Shown here: piece by piece, positions 9,985 through 20,617 of the stretch
Position numbering within the stretch: the first letter of the stretch is position 1
Layout of the letters: the number at the start of each line of letters is the position of its first letter
NCBI GenBank assembly: GCA_020845775.1
Contig: JADLFC010000121.1
Location: 1 to 60,684, forward strand
DNA from: Deltaproteobacteria bacterium
GTDB lineage: Bacteria; Bdellovibrionota_C; UBA2361; SZUA-149; JADLFC01
Direction: 5' to 3'
Length of the DNA: 60,684 nt
Translations under genes and position numbers: made by a program
The notes under the pieces: generated by a model
Told to the model about the DNA's origin: nothing
Seen by the model: only the letters and a program-made list of their open reading frames with translations
Databases searched by the model: none

Positions 9985-10657
9985 ATATTCTTGCTGCCAG
10001 CGCAGTCTACTAATTAGCTTATTGCTTTTTTTCTGTTTGCCAACTACAGGCTGCTTCCTTTGGTCCGATTCGCCAGCAAAACTCACGGCACTCATAGAAG
10101 CCCCTACGACACCTGAATTTTCCATTCTCTCTAGCGCCATGGAAAACTACGACAGCGGATTGTTTACCGCTTCTAGAGATTCCTGGATGGAGTTAAGAGA
10201 CGGCTATCCCCATAGCCCTTTTGTGGAACTTGCTGAACTAAAGATTGCGGACTCCTTTTTCTACTCTCAAGACTACAAAACTGCTGTCAGTGCGTACAAT
10301 GATTTTCAGCAATACCACAAGCATCACGAAGCAATTCCATACGTGCTGCTTCAAATTGGCAGTGCGCACAAGTTGCAATACAAAAGCCCCATGCACGATC
10401 AAACTCCACTACACGAGGCGGTAGCGGCCTTTAAGCAACTAGTTAGTCAGTTTCCGAAACACGAACTTTCCCCAATTGCAAAGGACGAGATAAAGTCTTG
10501 CCAAACCCTGCTAGCACAACACGAGCGCCAAGTAGCGGAATTTTACGAAAAACTGGGTCACGAAAAAGCCTCTAAAAGGCGATACTCTACGCTTAGAAAA
10601 AGATACAAGAACACCGAAATCGCTCGCAACGAGCGGCGTTCTATATCTGCTCGCTAG
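9977..10657 (+). CDS. bamD: Outer-membrane protein assembly factor BamD-like TPR lipoprotein
   Basis: Signal peptide with lipobox LPTTGC. TPR-like segments (ADSFFYSQDYKTAVSAYNDFQQYHKHHEAIPYVLLQIGSAH) typical of BamD/YfiO. 226 aa. Overlaps the lpxD stop by 8 nt. Confidence 0.62.
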   Translation: MNRYSCCQRSLLISLLLFFCLPTTGCFLWSDSPAKLTALIEAPTTPEFSILSSAMENYDSGLFTASRDSWMELRDGYPHSPFVELAELKIADSFFYSQDYKTAVSAYNDFQQYHKHHEAIPYVLLQIGSAHKLQYKSPMHDQTPLHEAVAAFKQLVSQFPKHELSPIAKDEIKSCQTLLAQHERQVAEFYEKLGHEKASKRRYSTLRKRYKNTEIARNERRSISAR

Positions 10658-11102
10658 CCGCTAACTTTCGAGCCTCATCCGCCGCCGCTTGCGACAACTG
10701 AAACCTAGTTCTTATCTGAGTTGCAAACCTATTCTCAAATTTCTCTACTTCGCCGTCCGCTATCACTACAGCCCATATCATTGCGAGAATTAGCTGTTTT
10801 TGGCTTGGCTCAAAGCTTTCGTTTATTAGTGCTACAAACTTATCTATCTTTTTCTCCTGCAAGCGCAGCTCATCAGACATTTCCAGCACTTCGGCGGCTT
10901 CCTCAGTATCCAACCCCAACTGCCTTTGTATTATGCGGGTAACGGTATAAACCTCTTCCGGGGCGTAATCTTCATCCGCCCCCGCCATCTGCAATAGCAA
11001 TGCCCCAATGGCCGCCTGCAAATCCCTACCCAGGGGCTTGCCCTTCTTATCTACCTTAAGACTGGCCTTACCTCGCAAAAAGTTCTTTAAGAGCTTAAAC
11101 AT
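10641..11102 (-). CDS. TerB-like (tellurite-resistance TerB / DjlA N-domain family) protein
   Basis: 153 aa. Pattern LLLQMAGADEDYAPEE ... ILAMIWAVVIADGEVEKFENRF matches the paired-helix TerB repeat (aDG...E). Confidence 0.6.
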   Translation of the reverse strand: MFKLLKNFLRGKASLKVDKKGKPLGRDLQAAIGALLLQMAGADEDYAPEEVYTVTRIIQRQLGLDTEEAAEVLEMSDELRLQEKKIDKFVALINESFEPSQKQLILAMIWAVVIADGEVEKFENRFATQIRTRFQLSQAAADEARKLAASEQI

Positions 11103-11202
11103 TTCTCCATCCCAAATGCCTAAATGAGAGTATTTTTATGCCATGTTTTCAAACAGCCCACAAAAATCTCTCTTCACAATCATAAACTAATACACATATA
11201 CT

Positions 11203-12813
11203 ATGACTATTATAGCATCTCAAATAAATTCAATAATGCAAGAACAGATCGCCTTACAACATCAAAATTCTCGCCGCTCGATTAGTCTTAGGCGCCCGGG
11301 TTGGATTGACATTGTAGGTTCTATATTTCTCTTTTTTCTCGTCTACTTCGGACATTCGCTAATTTCCGATCCCGGCATAGGTTGGCATCTAAAAAACGGC
11401 GAGTGGATCCTTAAAAATTCACAAGTACCTCAGTACGACCACTTTCTCTTCACCTCAGAATCATCGGTTAACTCTCCTCCAAAATCATGGGTATCGGATC
11501 AATGGCTTTCCGACGCAATTATTTTTTTACTCTATAAAGTTGGCGGCTGGTCATTGCTGCACATACTTACTTTTGGTTTTGTCATAAGCATCTATCTCCT
11601 AGTAATGGCGCCAATACTAAGGGCCCAAAAACTTGCGCCAATTGTCACACTAATTGCCGTACTACTTTCCATGCTACAGGGGTGGACGCAGTGGTTTCTT
11701 CGTCCCGTTTTGTTTTCCATGATGTTACTTGCTGTAGCATACTCTATTGTCTACCGCTGGCAGCATACAGGGAAAGCCGATAAAAGGGCGAAAAACTCGC
11801 TAGCGTTGCTTTTCCTCATCCCGATTTTCTTTTTGTGGGCTAACCTGCACCCAGCCTTCCCTCTAGGACTATTAATTCTGTTCTCAAGCGTTATTGCAAC
11901 ATTTTTCGAAAGGCGGTCGGACAGAACTTTTCGACTTACAGCAATCGCCACAATTAGCGCGCTGGCAACTGTTAGTACCTTTATAAACCCGTACAATTAC
12001 AAACTACACGCCTATACACTAGAATTAGTTAAAGACGATTATTTTATGAACTTAATGGACGAATGGCTTAGCCCTTCTATATATTCGCCTAGCTTTTTTG
12101 CCTTTTGGCTGACTTCGTTTTTTTTAATGTTTGCTGTGCTGAGAATGGCGACTAAAAAATGGTCGCTCTTCGATGCCTTGTTGCTTGCGCCATTTTTCCA
12201 CATGTCTGTGCTGCACTGTAGATACATACCATTTTTTGGGTTAGTAAGTGCAGTTCCATTGGCAAAAGCCATGCAATACATCCTTGAAGAGAGGAAAATG
12301 CCAAATTGCAGTCCGTTAAATGCAATAGCCAAGAGCTTCGCGAGTTTGAGCAGGAAGGAGCAAAATGCCAGCACTTTTCTTTTTTTCTCCTGCTTTTGGC
12401 TAGTCTTGCTCTTATCGACACTTTACCTTAAACACCTACCTGGACATACGGAGGAAGAACTGTCCTTTCACCCGAAATTTCCAAAAGACGCAGTGCATAT
12501 AATTGAAAACTCGGCAGCAGGTGAAAAAATTTTTCACACCCCAAACTGGGGTGGCTACCTAGCTTGGCACCTTTATCCAAAACACAAAGCATTTATTGAT
12601 GATAGAAATCAGCTAAATGGCAGGGATAAATACGAAGAATTTTTTACTCTCAATAACGCTAAGCCAGGTTGGCAAAGGGTAATAGACAAATACAAGTTTT
12701 ACTGGCTACTGCTAGAACCAGACGCACCTTTAGCCTATTTGCTGCGCGATAATCCAAATTGGGAGATTGCACATCGCGACAAAGTAAGTTTGCTCTTGCG
12801 GCAAAAAGACTAG
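11203..12813 (+). CDS. Polytopic membrane protein, possible GT-C-fold glycosyltransferase
   Basis: 536 aa with more than 10 hydrophobic helices and a soluble C-terminal domain. No motif I can name with certainty. Confidence 0.55.
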   Translation: MTIIASQINSIMQEQIALQHQNSRRSISLRRPGWIDIVGSIFLFFLVYFGHSLISDPGIGWHLKNGEWILKNSQVPQYDHFLFTSESSVNSPPKSWVSDQWLSDAIIFLLYKVGGWSLLHILTFGFVISIYLLVMAPILRAQKLAPIVTLIAVLLSMLQGWTQWFLRPVLFSMMLLAVAYSIVYRWQHTGKADKRAKNSLALLFLIPIFFLWANLHPAFPLGLLILFSSVIATFFERRSDRTFRLTAIATISALATVSTFINPYNYKLHAYTLELVKDDYFMNLMDEWLSPSIYSPSFFAFWLTSFFLMFAVLRMATKKWSLFDALLLAPFFHMSVLHCRYIPFFGLVSAVPLAKAMQYILEERKMPNCSPLNAIAKSFASLSRKEQNASTFLFFSCFWLVLLLSTLYLKHLPGHTEEELSFHPKFPKDAVHIIENSAAGEKIFHTPNWGGYLAWHLYPKHKAFIDDRNQLNGRDKYEEFFTLNNAKPGWQRVIDKYKFYWLLLEPDAPLAYLLRDNPNWEIAHRDKVSLLLRQKD

Positions 12814-12822
12814 ATAGCGAGC

Positions 12823-13587
12823 TTACTCACCTGCATCCATCTCTTCTAATTCAGCAAGGTCTGCTTCGAGCGCTTCTAGTTCAGCTAAATCTGGCGCTTC
12901 TCCCAGTGCATCGTCTTTGCCAGAACTAGAATCTTCTCCAATTCCAGCCCTAGAAGGAGAAATATCTCCAGTAGCTTGCAAAGCTGTCGCATCGATCCCG
13001 CCAGCATCTTTTCCCTCGCCTTTTTCCGCTGCATCTTCCTCCATGTCATGCTTTGCCTCTGTGAGCGCTCGAGTTTGCTCTCGCAACTTATCGAAGTAGC
13101 TGTTTCGCTGCGACATTGCACTGTCCTGAATCTTTCCCCGAGTTATTGAATTAAAAGTGCCTTGGAGCGTGGCCAGTGAACTTGCGGCACCAGAAGAAAC
13201 ATCTCTATCGCGCCTACCTTGCAACATGCGAGAATAGGGATTCTGTTGAGGAAGGCTCCCCTGAACTTTGCTTGGATATGGGATAGGTATTTTGCCCGCT
13301 GTACTTGAGGATTGAGCCGAAGTTTTTGCAGGCGACAGGTTCTGCTTTAACCCCACACTAGAGGAAGATTTCACGTCCACTTCAGAAAGCGCAGCGATAT
13401 TCGCTGGCGCTACCTTAGGAGAAACATCACTAACATTTGTCTCTCCAGAGCTAGAACTAAACCCATCCTTAAAATAACCACAAAAAAAGGCTAGCATAAC
13501 CACTACGCAAATCGCCAAACTAGTCATCCGCTTGCCTGTTAGCCTTTCGGACTGAAAAAAATTCTTCCAGATTTCGTTAATAGCCAT
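12823..13587 (-). CDS. Hypothetical membrane-anchored low-complexity protein with acidic tail
   Basis: One N-terminal TM (LAICVVVMLAFFCGYF), a Ser-rich middle and the acidic C-terminus DLAELEALEADLAELEEMDAGE. Confidence 0.5.
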   Translation of the reverse strand: MAINEIWKNFFQSERLTGKRMTSLAICVVVMLAFFCGYFKDGFSSSSGETNVSDVSPKVAPANIAALSEVDVKSSSSVGLKQNLSPAKTSAQSSSTAGKIPIPYPSKVQGSLPQQNPYSRMLQGRRDRDVSSGAASSLATLQGTFNSITRGKIQDSAMSQRNSYFDKLREQTRALTEAKHDMEEDAAEKGEGKDAGGIDATALQATGDISPSRAGIGEDSSSGKDDALGEAPDLAELEALEADLAELEEMDAGE

Positions 13588-13757
13588 TTAATAACTAGTA
13601 AAAGAAAATATTGGTGACCACTTCTAGTTTACAACCCCAGAGGCACAAAGACAAAACGTTTTTAGGGGCATGTCTGAGAAAACACAGACTTAAAAACCTT
13701 GATGAATCGTGCCATATTCGTTTAGAATCATAACCGCAAGACAAACTAAGCTTATTT

Positions 13758-14381
13758 GTGCTAAAATTCCCTAGGTTCATTTTTATACCGCCAATGACGT
13801 TTCCGCATAAATACTATATTGTTCTTTTTGTCTCTTTACTTGCGCTGCCATCTTTAGAAGCTGAAGTCCAGCCTGAAGAACCTCGAAATGAGGGAGATGC
13901 ACTTTCGTGGCTTGAGCAGGAACTCACATGCGAGCAATTTAGGGAGCAAGTTCAACGCAGATTCGCTCAATTCGGGAAGATGTCAAAACTTCCACCCGAG
14001 AAAAAAAGCGAGTTGCGAATAATTATGGATGCGGCATGTGCCGAAAAATTTAGTCACTGTGGTTTTAAGAATTGCAAGAGCAGGTCTCTCCAAACTCAGA
14101 TCCTTTCGCCACCTATAGTTAATACTTCGTCGTCCGCAGTCTCTTCCTCCGCATTTGAAGAGAAGGCTGCAATAGATATCGAAAGCGAACTTAGCAAGGC
14201 AGAGACGCAACAAGAAAACACTAATAAAATTAGCCTGTCCCAGCTTAAACGCCTAGTCTTGCTAGAAAGCACAAGACATAAGGACAGTATCCGGCTACAA
14301 ATCGAAGAGGAAAAAGCCAAGACTTTATCCTGGAAGGCGTTTTCCTTGGATGCGATTAATGTTAACAACGAGAGACCATAG
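13758..14381 (+). CDS. Hypothetical secreted protein
   Basis: Signal-like N-terminus (YIVLFVSLLALPSLEAE). No recognisable domain. Confidence 0.5.
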   Translation: MLKFPRFIFIPPMTFPHKYYIVLFVSLLALPSLEAEVQPEEPRNEGDALSWLEQELTCEQFREQVQRRFAQFGKMSKLPPEKKSELRIIMDAACAEKFSHCGFKNCKSRSLQTQILSPPIVNTSSSAVSSSAFEEKAAIDIESELSKAETQQENTNKISLSQLKRLVLLESTRHKDSIRLQIEEEKAKTLSWKAFSLDAINVNNERP

Positions 14382-14428
14382 TTCCGTTACTTATTGAGCA
14401 AAGTTAATAACTCTAGAGGATTTATAAA

Positions 14429-15406
14429 ATGGGGGCTTATTCTTACCCACTCATGTGGATAGCCGCTGGCTTAGTTACGTTATTAGTTGGAGGAGAGTCT
14501 TTAGTGAGGGGGTCTTCGAAGCTGGCATTAGCGCTTGGGATAAATCCTCTAGTCATTGGGCTCACTGTGGTTGCCTTTGGGACGAGCTCACCGGAACTCG
14601 CCGTAAGCGTCTTAGCGGCCATAGATGGCAAAATGGACGTAGCGCTTGGCAACGTAGTTGGAAGCAATATTCTAAATGTGCTTTTAATTCTTGGACTTTC
14701 TGCAATAGTTACTCCACTAATTGTGGCAAGCCAGCTTATCAAGTTCGATGTTCCGGCAATGATAGCGGCAAGTTTACTGGTTTTAGCAATGGGACTCGAC
14801 GGAGCGATTGGGGTCTTAGATGGCGCTATTTTATTTTCCATGCTGATTGCTTATACGGCTTGGGTAATTAGGCTAAGTCGCAGGGAGAGCGAAAAGGTCA
14901 AGGCTGAATTTGAAGATAGTTTAGGCGTTGCTGATAACGGGAGTAAGGTAAAGATTTCCGTTCAGATCGGAACAATAGTCATTGGCCTGCTATTTCTCTG
15001 CTTAGGAGCTCGATGGCTTGTAAGTGGCGCGGTAGACATTGCTCGTCTGCTAGGAATAGACGAGCTAGTAATAGGGCTAACAATCGTTGCCGTCGGCACG
15101 TCCTTGCCAGAGTTAATTACATCAGTACTAGCAAGCATCCATCGCCAACCCGACATAGCGGTTGGCAATATAGTTGGCAGCAACATTTTTAACATTCTTG
15201 GCGTTTTGGGATTGTCGGGTCTAATTAGCGGCACTGGAGTTCTTGTGTCCCCGGAAGCCTTGTGGATTGACATTCCGGTTATGATTGGCGTAGCGGTCGT
15301 CACGCTACCGATAGTCTTTACCGACAGCACCATCTCACGCAAAGAAGGCACATTCCTCATTAGTGCTTTTGTTGTCTACACTACTTATCGAATTTTCTTT
15401 TCGTGA
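14429..15406 (+). CDS. Ca2+/cation antiporter (CaCA family, YrbG-like)
   Basis: 325 aa with two internally repeated halves. Each half carries the alpha-repeat signature: GTSSPELAVSV...GNVVGSNILNVLLILG and GTSLPELITSV...GNIVGSNIFNILGVLG. Confidence 0.87.
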   Translation: MGAYSYPLMWIAAGLVTLLVGGESLVRGSSKLALALGINPLVIGLTVVAFGTSSPELAVSVLAAIDGKMDVALGNVVGSNILNVLLILGLSAIVTPLIVASQLIKFDVPAMIAASLLVLAMGLDGAIGVLDGAILFSMLIAYTAWVIRLSRRESEKVKAEFEDSLGVADNGSKVKISVQIGTIVIGLLFLCLGARWLVSGAVDIARLLGIDELVIGLTIVAVGTSLPELITSVLASIHRQPDIAVGNIVGSNIFNILGVLGLSGLISGTGVLVSPEALWIDIPVMIGVAVVTLPIVFTDSTISRKEGTFLISAFVVYTTYRIFFS

Positions 15407-15548
15407 CCTATTGTTCCCCGCGCCAAAGTGAATAGCGGCAACTCGCAGCATGTCTTGCCCCGCAAGAATCATGCTAGCAGAATTAAGCCGAAAGGGGCCA
15501 GATGTTACTGATAGGTAAAGGGGCTTAAGCCTGTATCGAAAGGTGAGA

Positions 15549-16985
15549 TCAATAGCTATTAAGCTTCGCATCGCCGAGCACATATTTCACACTGTGGACT
15601 CGGACGGCATACCACTCGGCGTTTTGAACCGAGTCGGCTAGAACTAGCCTAAAGGACATGCTACTTCCTGGCTTTAGGACATTTGATGACTCTAAAGACT
15701 GCTCGCCATCTTCCGGCGCAACCGAACTAACAGCGCTATCCTTAAGAGAGCCTATCTCTAAAGCATTGACGATGTCGCCTTGCGCGGCAACGAGTGTTTT
15801 CTCCAGCGGTTGATTGTTGCCGTCAAACAACTTGGCCTCTATCTTAATTTCCGACATCGGCCTGTTTGTATTGTTTACCACCTCGCCTCGAATATTTAAC
15901 ACTTGCTGACCATCATCAAGAGTAGCTACCGTTGAACGCAGCTTCGCTAGTTCTAGCCCTGCTGGCGGTTGAGAACTGACACTGTCACTATCTAAGGAAA
16001 GCAAAACTGTAGCGAGAGCATCCACTCTCGAAATTAACAGTCCAGCAACTCCGAGAAGAATGCAAACGAGCAGCGGAAAGAAACATGCGAAATATAGAGG
16101 CCTATTGCTCAAAACCTCCTTTTCTTCACTAGCAATTGGTTGAGGCGATAAGTCCGGCTCGTCTTGCTCCGACATATCAAACGAATCAAATGAATCGAAA
16201 TCAGAAAATACCTGTATAGGGCCTCGCTCCTCAACATGAGTCTCTGAATGACTTGCCGGCATCACTAGCTCGTAGCTTTCAGAGCTATTACTCTTAAACT
16301 CTTTCTCCAGAGAAGCTAACTTCGACGGCGAAGATATTGTTTCCAAGGAAGAAACGACGTCACCTGCTGCCTTGTCTATCGCCGCGATGTCTGAGCGGCA
16401 GCAATCGGGCAAATCGACGTAAGGAGAATTTGTTTTGGTGAAAAAATCCGAAGGCGAATAAGCCTGAGGCCAATCTACTCGCCGATCAGCTTGATTTAGA
16501 TCATGTAAACGCTCCAAGGCCTCCTTTCTAAAGCGCAATACGCCGTTAGAAATTGCGTCTTCATTTAAGCGCTTGCGCAAGACCGAAGACATATCGATTT
16601 CTATCTTCTGCGTATCATCAGTAGGCCAATCAGCCGTAATGAGTGCCGAAGGGCCACTATCAAGCATATCGCCAAAAGTCTTTATCGGACTTTCATAGCA
16701 CTTACTCTCAGCAGAAGCTTCAGGAGCAAACATATCCAACTGCTGCCACTTGCTGCCACACTTTTCGACTGACGCCGGGACTCCCTCGGAAGCGCACACC
16801 GCGGAAATACTACGCGATGCAACTTTGCTATTCCCAAAATCTGCCGCGCATACATGCTCTAAACCAACGCTCTCAAAAAAAGTGTTATCGCAACGAGAAC
16901 AATGAAACTGCGGGCTAGTCAAACCAGCAAGCTGAGCATCGGAAACGCCAAACTTGGTCTTACACTTTGGACACTGAACGATCAT
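15549..16985 (-). CDS. MJ0042-type zinc-ribbon protein with TM and DUF3426-like C-terminal domain
   Basis: N-terminus MIVQCPKCKTKFGV...FHCSRCDNTF (two CxxC pairs), one TM (FACFFPLLVCILLGVAGLLI), and a beta-rich C-terminal domain (LNIRGEVVNNTNRPMSEIKIEAKLFDGNNQ). Confidence 0.7.
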   Translation of the reverse strand: MIVQCPKCKTKFGVSDAQLAGLTSPQFHCSRCDNTFFESVGLEHVCAADFGNSKVASRSISAVCASEGVPASVEKCGSKWQQLDMFAPEASAESKCYESPIKTFGDMLDSGPSALITADWPTDDTQKIEIDMSSVLRKRLNEDAISNGVLRFRKEALERLHDLNQADRRVDWPQAYSPSDFFTKTNSPYVDLPDCCRSDIAAIDKAAGDVVSSLETISSPSKLASLEKEFKSNSSESYELVMPASHSETHVEERGPIQVFSDFDSFDSFDMSEQDEPDLSPQPIASEEKEVLSNRPLYFACFFPLLVCILLGVAGLLISRVDALATVLLSLDSDSVSSQPPAGLELAKLRSTVATLDDGQQVLNIRGEVVNNTNRPMSEIKIEAKLFDGNNQPLEKTLVAAQGDIVNALEIGSLKDSAVSSVAPEDGEQSLESSNVLKPGSSMSFRLVLADSVQNAEWYAVRVHSVKYVLGDAKLNSY

Positions 16986-17332
16986 CTACCTTCTCCTCAC
17001 AAAAAACTATATATCCGCCATATCGTCGTCCTCCGATATGGCATTAAAATTCTTATTATCAGTGATCTGCTAAAAAACGTACCGAAACGACTTCTAGTAA
17101 GGGCCTAAGTACCACGTTTGCGTTATTGGCTCCATCTATATGTAACTTAAAGTGTTTAAGCCATGTCGAAAATGAACTTTTTCTTACTTAAACTCTATTC
17201 TGAACGCCTGAAGCTAGGCCTATCAGAGAGCGCCAACATACTCCATAGATATTTGGCGCAATAAAAAAAACGCCCTCTATTAATTTCTTTTCGTCATAAG
17301 ATCATTGTGTTAATTTCATTCTTCACAAGTTA

Positions 17333-18694
17333 TTGATTGCGATGCTATCCCTTCGCAACAAGCAGATTATCGCCCTTAATTCAGAGATACTAACTATGAC
17401 AACAATGCCATTGTTCGCCAATGCTCTTTCGCAACTCGATCTAGCACTAGCACATGTACAGTTATCGCCCGATACCATAGCTTTGCTAAAGCACCCGAAA
17501 GCTGTTCACATCTTTGCCATTCCAGTGCGCATGGACAATGGTGCTTTAAAATTTTTCACGGGCTATCGAGTTCTCTATGACGATTCTCGGGGCCCAGGCA
17601 AGGGCGGGATTCGATTTCACCCGGATGTAAATTTAGATGAAGTGCAGTCACTCGCGTTTTGGATGACATTTAAATGCGCTGCAGTTAACTTGCCATTTGG
17701 CGGAGCTAAGGGCGGAGTTCGCGTACACCCAAAAAACTTATCAAAGCTGGAACTCGAAAGGTTAAGTCGCGGTTATATCAATGCCGTAGCGGATGTAATC
17801 GGACCCGACAGAGATATCCCGGCGCCAGATGTCTACACAAATGAAACAATTATGGGTTGGATGTCGGACCAATATAAAATTATCAAGAGAGAACACATAC
17901 CAGCCGTCATAACCGGCAAACCCCTATCACTAGGAGGCTCTTTGGGGAGAGCAGACGCCACTGCGCGGGGCGGATTTTATGTGCTCGAATCGCTAAAAAA
18001 GGGGCTCGGCTTAGACAAACCCCATCCTACAATGGCTATTCAGGGTTTTGGCAATGCTGGGTATAATTTTGCTAAACTTGCTAGTGACGCAGGTTATAGA
18101 GTGGTCGCACTTAGCGACTCCAAGGGCGGCATTTACAAGAAGGACGGCTTAGATGCTCCAAGCGTTTATAAAATTAAACACGAGACTAACCAACTACAAG
18201 CAGTATATTGCAAGGGCTCGGTATGCGAAGTGCTCGAATACGAACACATTACGAATGAGCAACTTCTAGAGCTAGAGGTCGATGTCTTAGTCCCCGCAGC
18301 CTTAGAGGGTCAGGTTACTGCCAAGAATGCAAACAATATAAAGGCAAGTATTGTGCTTGAACTCGCCAATGGCCCCACGACGCCGGAGGCCGATAAGATT
18401 CTTTTTGATAAGGGCGTAGTGGTAATTCCAGACATCTTGGCTAACGCGGGAGGGGTAACTGTCAGCTACTACGAGTGGGTACAAAACAGGGCTGGCTATT
18501 ACTGGACGGCAAACGAGGTGTACTCTAAATTGGAAGTAGCGATGAATCAAAGCGCAAAATTAGTGGATAACATCCGCAAGGAGAAGCACTGCTCTATGCG
18601 AACGGCTGCCTATGTGCTAGCACTTAGGCGCGTTGCCTCGGCTATTGAAGAAAAGGGGACTCAGGAGTATTTTCTTAAGAATGGTCCAAGCTAA
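17333..18694 (+). CDS. gdhA: Glutamate dehydrogenase (Glu/Leu/Phe/Val dehydrogenase family)
   Basis: GYRVLYDDSRGPGKGGIRFHP and the catalytic-Lys region LPFGGAKGGV, plus a Rossmann GFGNAGY. The track start is TTG at 17333; the ATG at 17396 (MTTMPLF...) fits family N-termini better. Confidence 0.9.
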   Translation: MIAMLSLRNKQIIALNSEILTMTTMPLFANALSQLDLALAHVQLSPDTIALLKHPKAVHIFAIPVRMDNGALKFFTGYRVLYDDSRGPGKGGIRFHPDVNLDEVQSLAFWMTFKCAAVNLPFGGAKGGVRVHPKNLSKLELERLSRGYINAVADVIGPDRDIPAPDVYTNETIMGWMSDQYKIIKREHIPAVITGKPLSLGGSLGRADATARGGFYVLESLKKGLGLDKPHPTMAIQGFGNAGYNFAKLASDAGYRVVALSDSKGGIYKKDGLDAPSVYKIKHETNQLQAVYCKGSVCEVLEYEHITNEQLLELEVDVLVPAALEGQVTAKNANNIKASIVLELANGPTTPEADKILFDKGVVVIPDILANAGGVTVSYYEWVQNRAGYYWTANEVYSKLEVAMNQSAKLVDNIRKEKHCSMRTAAYVLALRRVASAIEEKGTQEYFLKNGPS

Positions 18695-18700
18695 AACACA

Positions 18701-19501
18701 GTGGAAAAAGATCTTAAGAACAGACTGAGAAACACTAACTTCATTTGTGGAAGAAATCCACTTATGGAGACGATTAAATCGAGCCCTCAAAATATTTGCG
18801 AGGTTTTTGCGACAAAGAGTTCTTTGGATTGGTTGCGAAAGACTTCTCTTAGCGATAAACTTGCTAAGTTAAAAAAGCCCATCCTTGAGGCTAGCAAAGA
18901 CGCGTTTGAGCAAGCAGTCCCAGGGTTAGTTCATCAGGGCGTAGTTACAACACTCAATCAGCGAAGACTTTTTAGCCTTAAGGAGCTAATACAGATTAGC
19001 GCTCGCTCAAATGCAAGCGGGATAATCGTAGCGCTGGACGAACTGCAAGACCCACAAAATATGGGTGCGGTACTTCGCGTTGCAGAATGTGGCGGTGTAG
19101 ATGGAGTAATAGGAACGAAGCGCCGCAGTGTTGGCATAACCCCAGCTGTGGCAAAGGCTAGTGCTGGTGCAAGTGAAACTATGCCAATCTCGCTCGTTAC
19201 AAATCTAAACGAAGCGTTAAAGGAACTAAAAAATAATGGTTTCTGGATCATAGGAACGGATGCGGGCAAGCAAGCCAATAATCTCTTTGAAACAAAGCTT
19301 CCCTCGGAACCAATAGTCCTTGTGTTTGGTTCCGAAGGAAAGGGATTAAGGCGATTAGTAAAGGAACATTGCGATATTATGCTAAAGATACCCCTCATGG
19401 GTAAAATTGAATCGCTAAACGTGAGCCAAGCCGCTTCAATATTACTGTTTGAAGCGCTTAGACAAAGAGCATTCTCAAGTGTTAAGGCAAAAATGAAATG
19501 A
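18701..19501 (+). CDS. rlmB: SpoU/TrmH-family RNA 2'-O-methyltransferase (RlmB-like)
   Basis: 266 aa. N-terminal substrate-binding domain (GRNPLMETIKS) and SPOUT motifs (LDELQDPQNMGAVLRVAECGG, VFGSEGKGLR, IPLMGKIESLNVSQAA). GTG start. Confidence 0.8.
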   Translation: MEKDLKNRLRNTNFICGRNPLMETIKSSPQNICEVFATKSSLDWLRKTSLSDKLAKLKKPILEASKDAFEQAVPGLVHQGVVTTLNQRRLFSLKELIQISARSNASGIIVALDELQDPQNMGAVLRVAECGGVDGVIGTKRRSVGITPAVAKASAGASETMPISLVTNLNEALKELKNNGFWIIGTDAGKQANNLFETKLPSEPIVLVFGSEGKGLRRLVKEHCDIMLKIPLMGKIESLNVSQAASILLFEALRQRAFSSVKAKMK

Positions 19502-20502
19502 GCAAAACGATAGCTAAGAGAGTATTTTCGGGGGTGCAGCCGTCTGGAACACAGGTTCACATTGGAAATTATTTCGGAGCGATGAAGCATTTTGTCGAAC
19601 TTGCAAAGGAACACGAGACAATTATTTGCATAGTTGACCTACATGCGCTTACTTCGGTAAAGAGCGCTTCCGATCTTAGATCTCACTCCGCCTCTCTTGC
19701 GGCCGCTTATTTAGCAATCGGCATTGATCCAAGGCAGGCCATTATCTTTCGCCAATCGGATGTGCCGGAAGTTTGCGAACTCGCGTGGTATTTAGCCTGT
19801 CATTTTCCACTGGGATTACTCGAGAGAGCACATGCAGTAAAAGATGCCAAGGCAAAAAACATTAACATTAATTCGGGTGTAATGTTTTACCCGATATTAA
19901 TGGCGGCAGATATACTATTGTACAAAGCAAGTCTCGTCCCTGTGGGTGCCGATCAAAAGCAACACGTGGAGATGACGCGAGATGTGGCCGAGAGATTTAA
20001 TTTGCAGTTTGGTTCCATATTCCCTGTCCCGGAGGCACTCATAACCGAGGAGACCGGTGTAATTAGGGGAATAGATGGTCGAAAAATGTCAAAGAGCTAT
20101 GACAACTTCATAGGCTTATTTGAAGAACCTTCTGCTATGCGAAAAAAGGTAATGCGAATAGTTACGGACTCAAAGAGCGTAGAGGACGTTAAGGATCCCG
20201 AGCAATGCAACGTATTTCAAATGTTCAAACTTTTCGCTAGCAAGGAAGCTTGCGAAAACCTCGCTAGACAATATCGAGAAGGTGGCATGGGATACGGAGT
20301 GGCAAAAAAGGAGCTCTTTGACATTATGCAGCTTGCCCTTTCGCCGTTTCGAGAAAAGTACAATCACTGGGTATCACAAAAAGACGAGCTTGAAGATATT
20401 CTCCTAGACGGCGCTAAGCGCGCGCGAAAAATAGCGACACAAACAATCTCTGCGGTTAGACTAACCCTAGGAACCGGCTCACTCAAGGCAAGTAAAACAT
20501 GA
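19498..20502 (+). CDS. trpS: Tryptophan--tRNA ligase
   Basis: 334 aa. A class I HIGH-type motif (VHIGNY), KMSKS (GRKMSKSYDN) and GADQKQH. The 4-nt ATGA overlap with rlmB suggests coupling. Confidence 0.92.
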   Translation: MSKTIAKRVFSGVQPSGTQVHIGNYFGAMKHFVELAKEHETIICIVDLHALTSVKSASDLRSHSASLAAAYLAIGIDPRQAIIFRQSDVPEVCELAWYLACHFPLGLLERAHAVKDAKAKNININSGVMFYPILMAADILLYKASLVPVGADQKQHVEMTRDVAERFNLQFGSIFPVPEALITEETGVIRGIDGRKMSKSYDNFIGLFEEPSAMRKKVMRIVTDSKSVEDVKDPEQCNVFQMFKLFASKEACENLARQYREGGMGYGVAKKELFDIMQLALSPFREKYNHWVSQKDELEDILLDGAKRARKIATQTISAVRLTLGTGSLKASKT

Positions 20503-20617
20503 GGGTTTTTATGTAGTTATGTAGCTTATTGAAGCAAAAGCTGCTCCTTGGCTGATACTAATATATACGGGCGTAAAACTAAGAAGATTGTTTTGCCATT
20601 GTTTATGTTTTTTTTAG

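Noticed and set aside
14443-15360. Antisense and alternate-frame ORFs within the CaCA antiporter gene (14443..14841 -, 14455..14871 +, 14962..15360 -)
   Set aside because: The sense frame carries duplicated, diagnostic alpha-repeat motifs (GNVVGSNILN / GNIVGSNIFN). The overlapping frames are compositionally odd and lack motifs.
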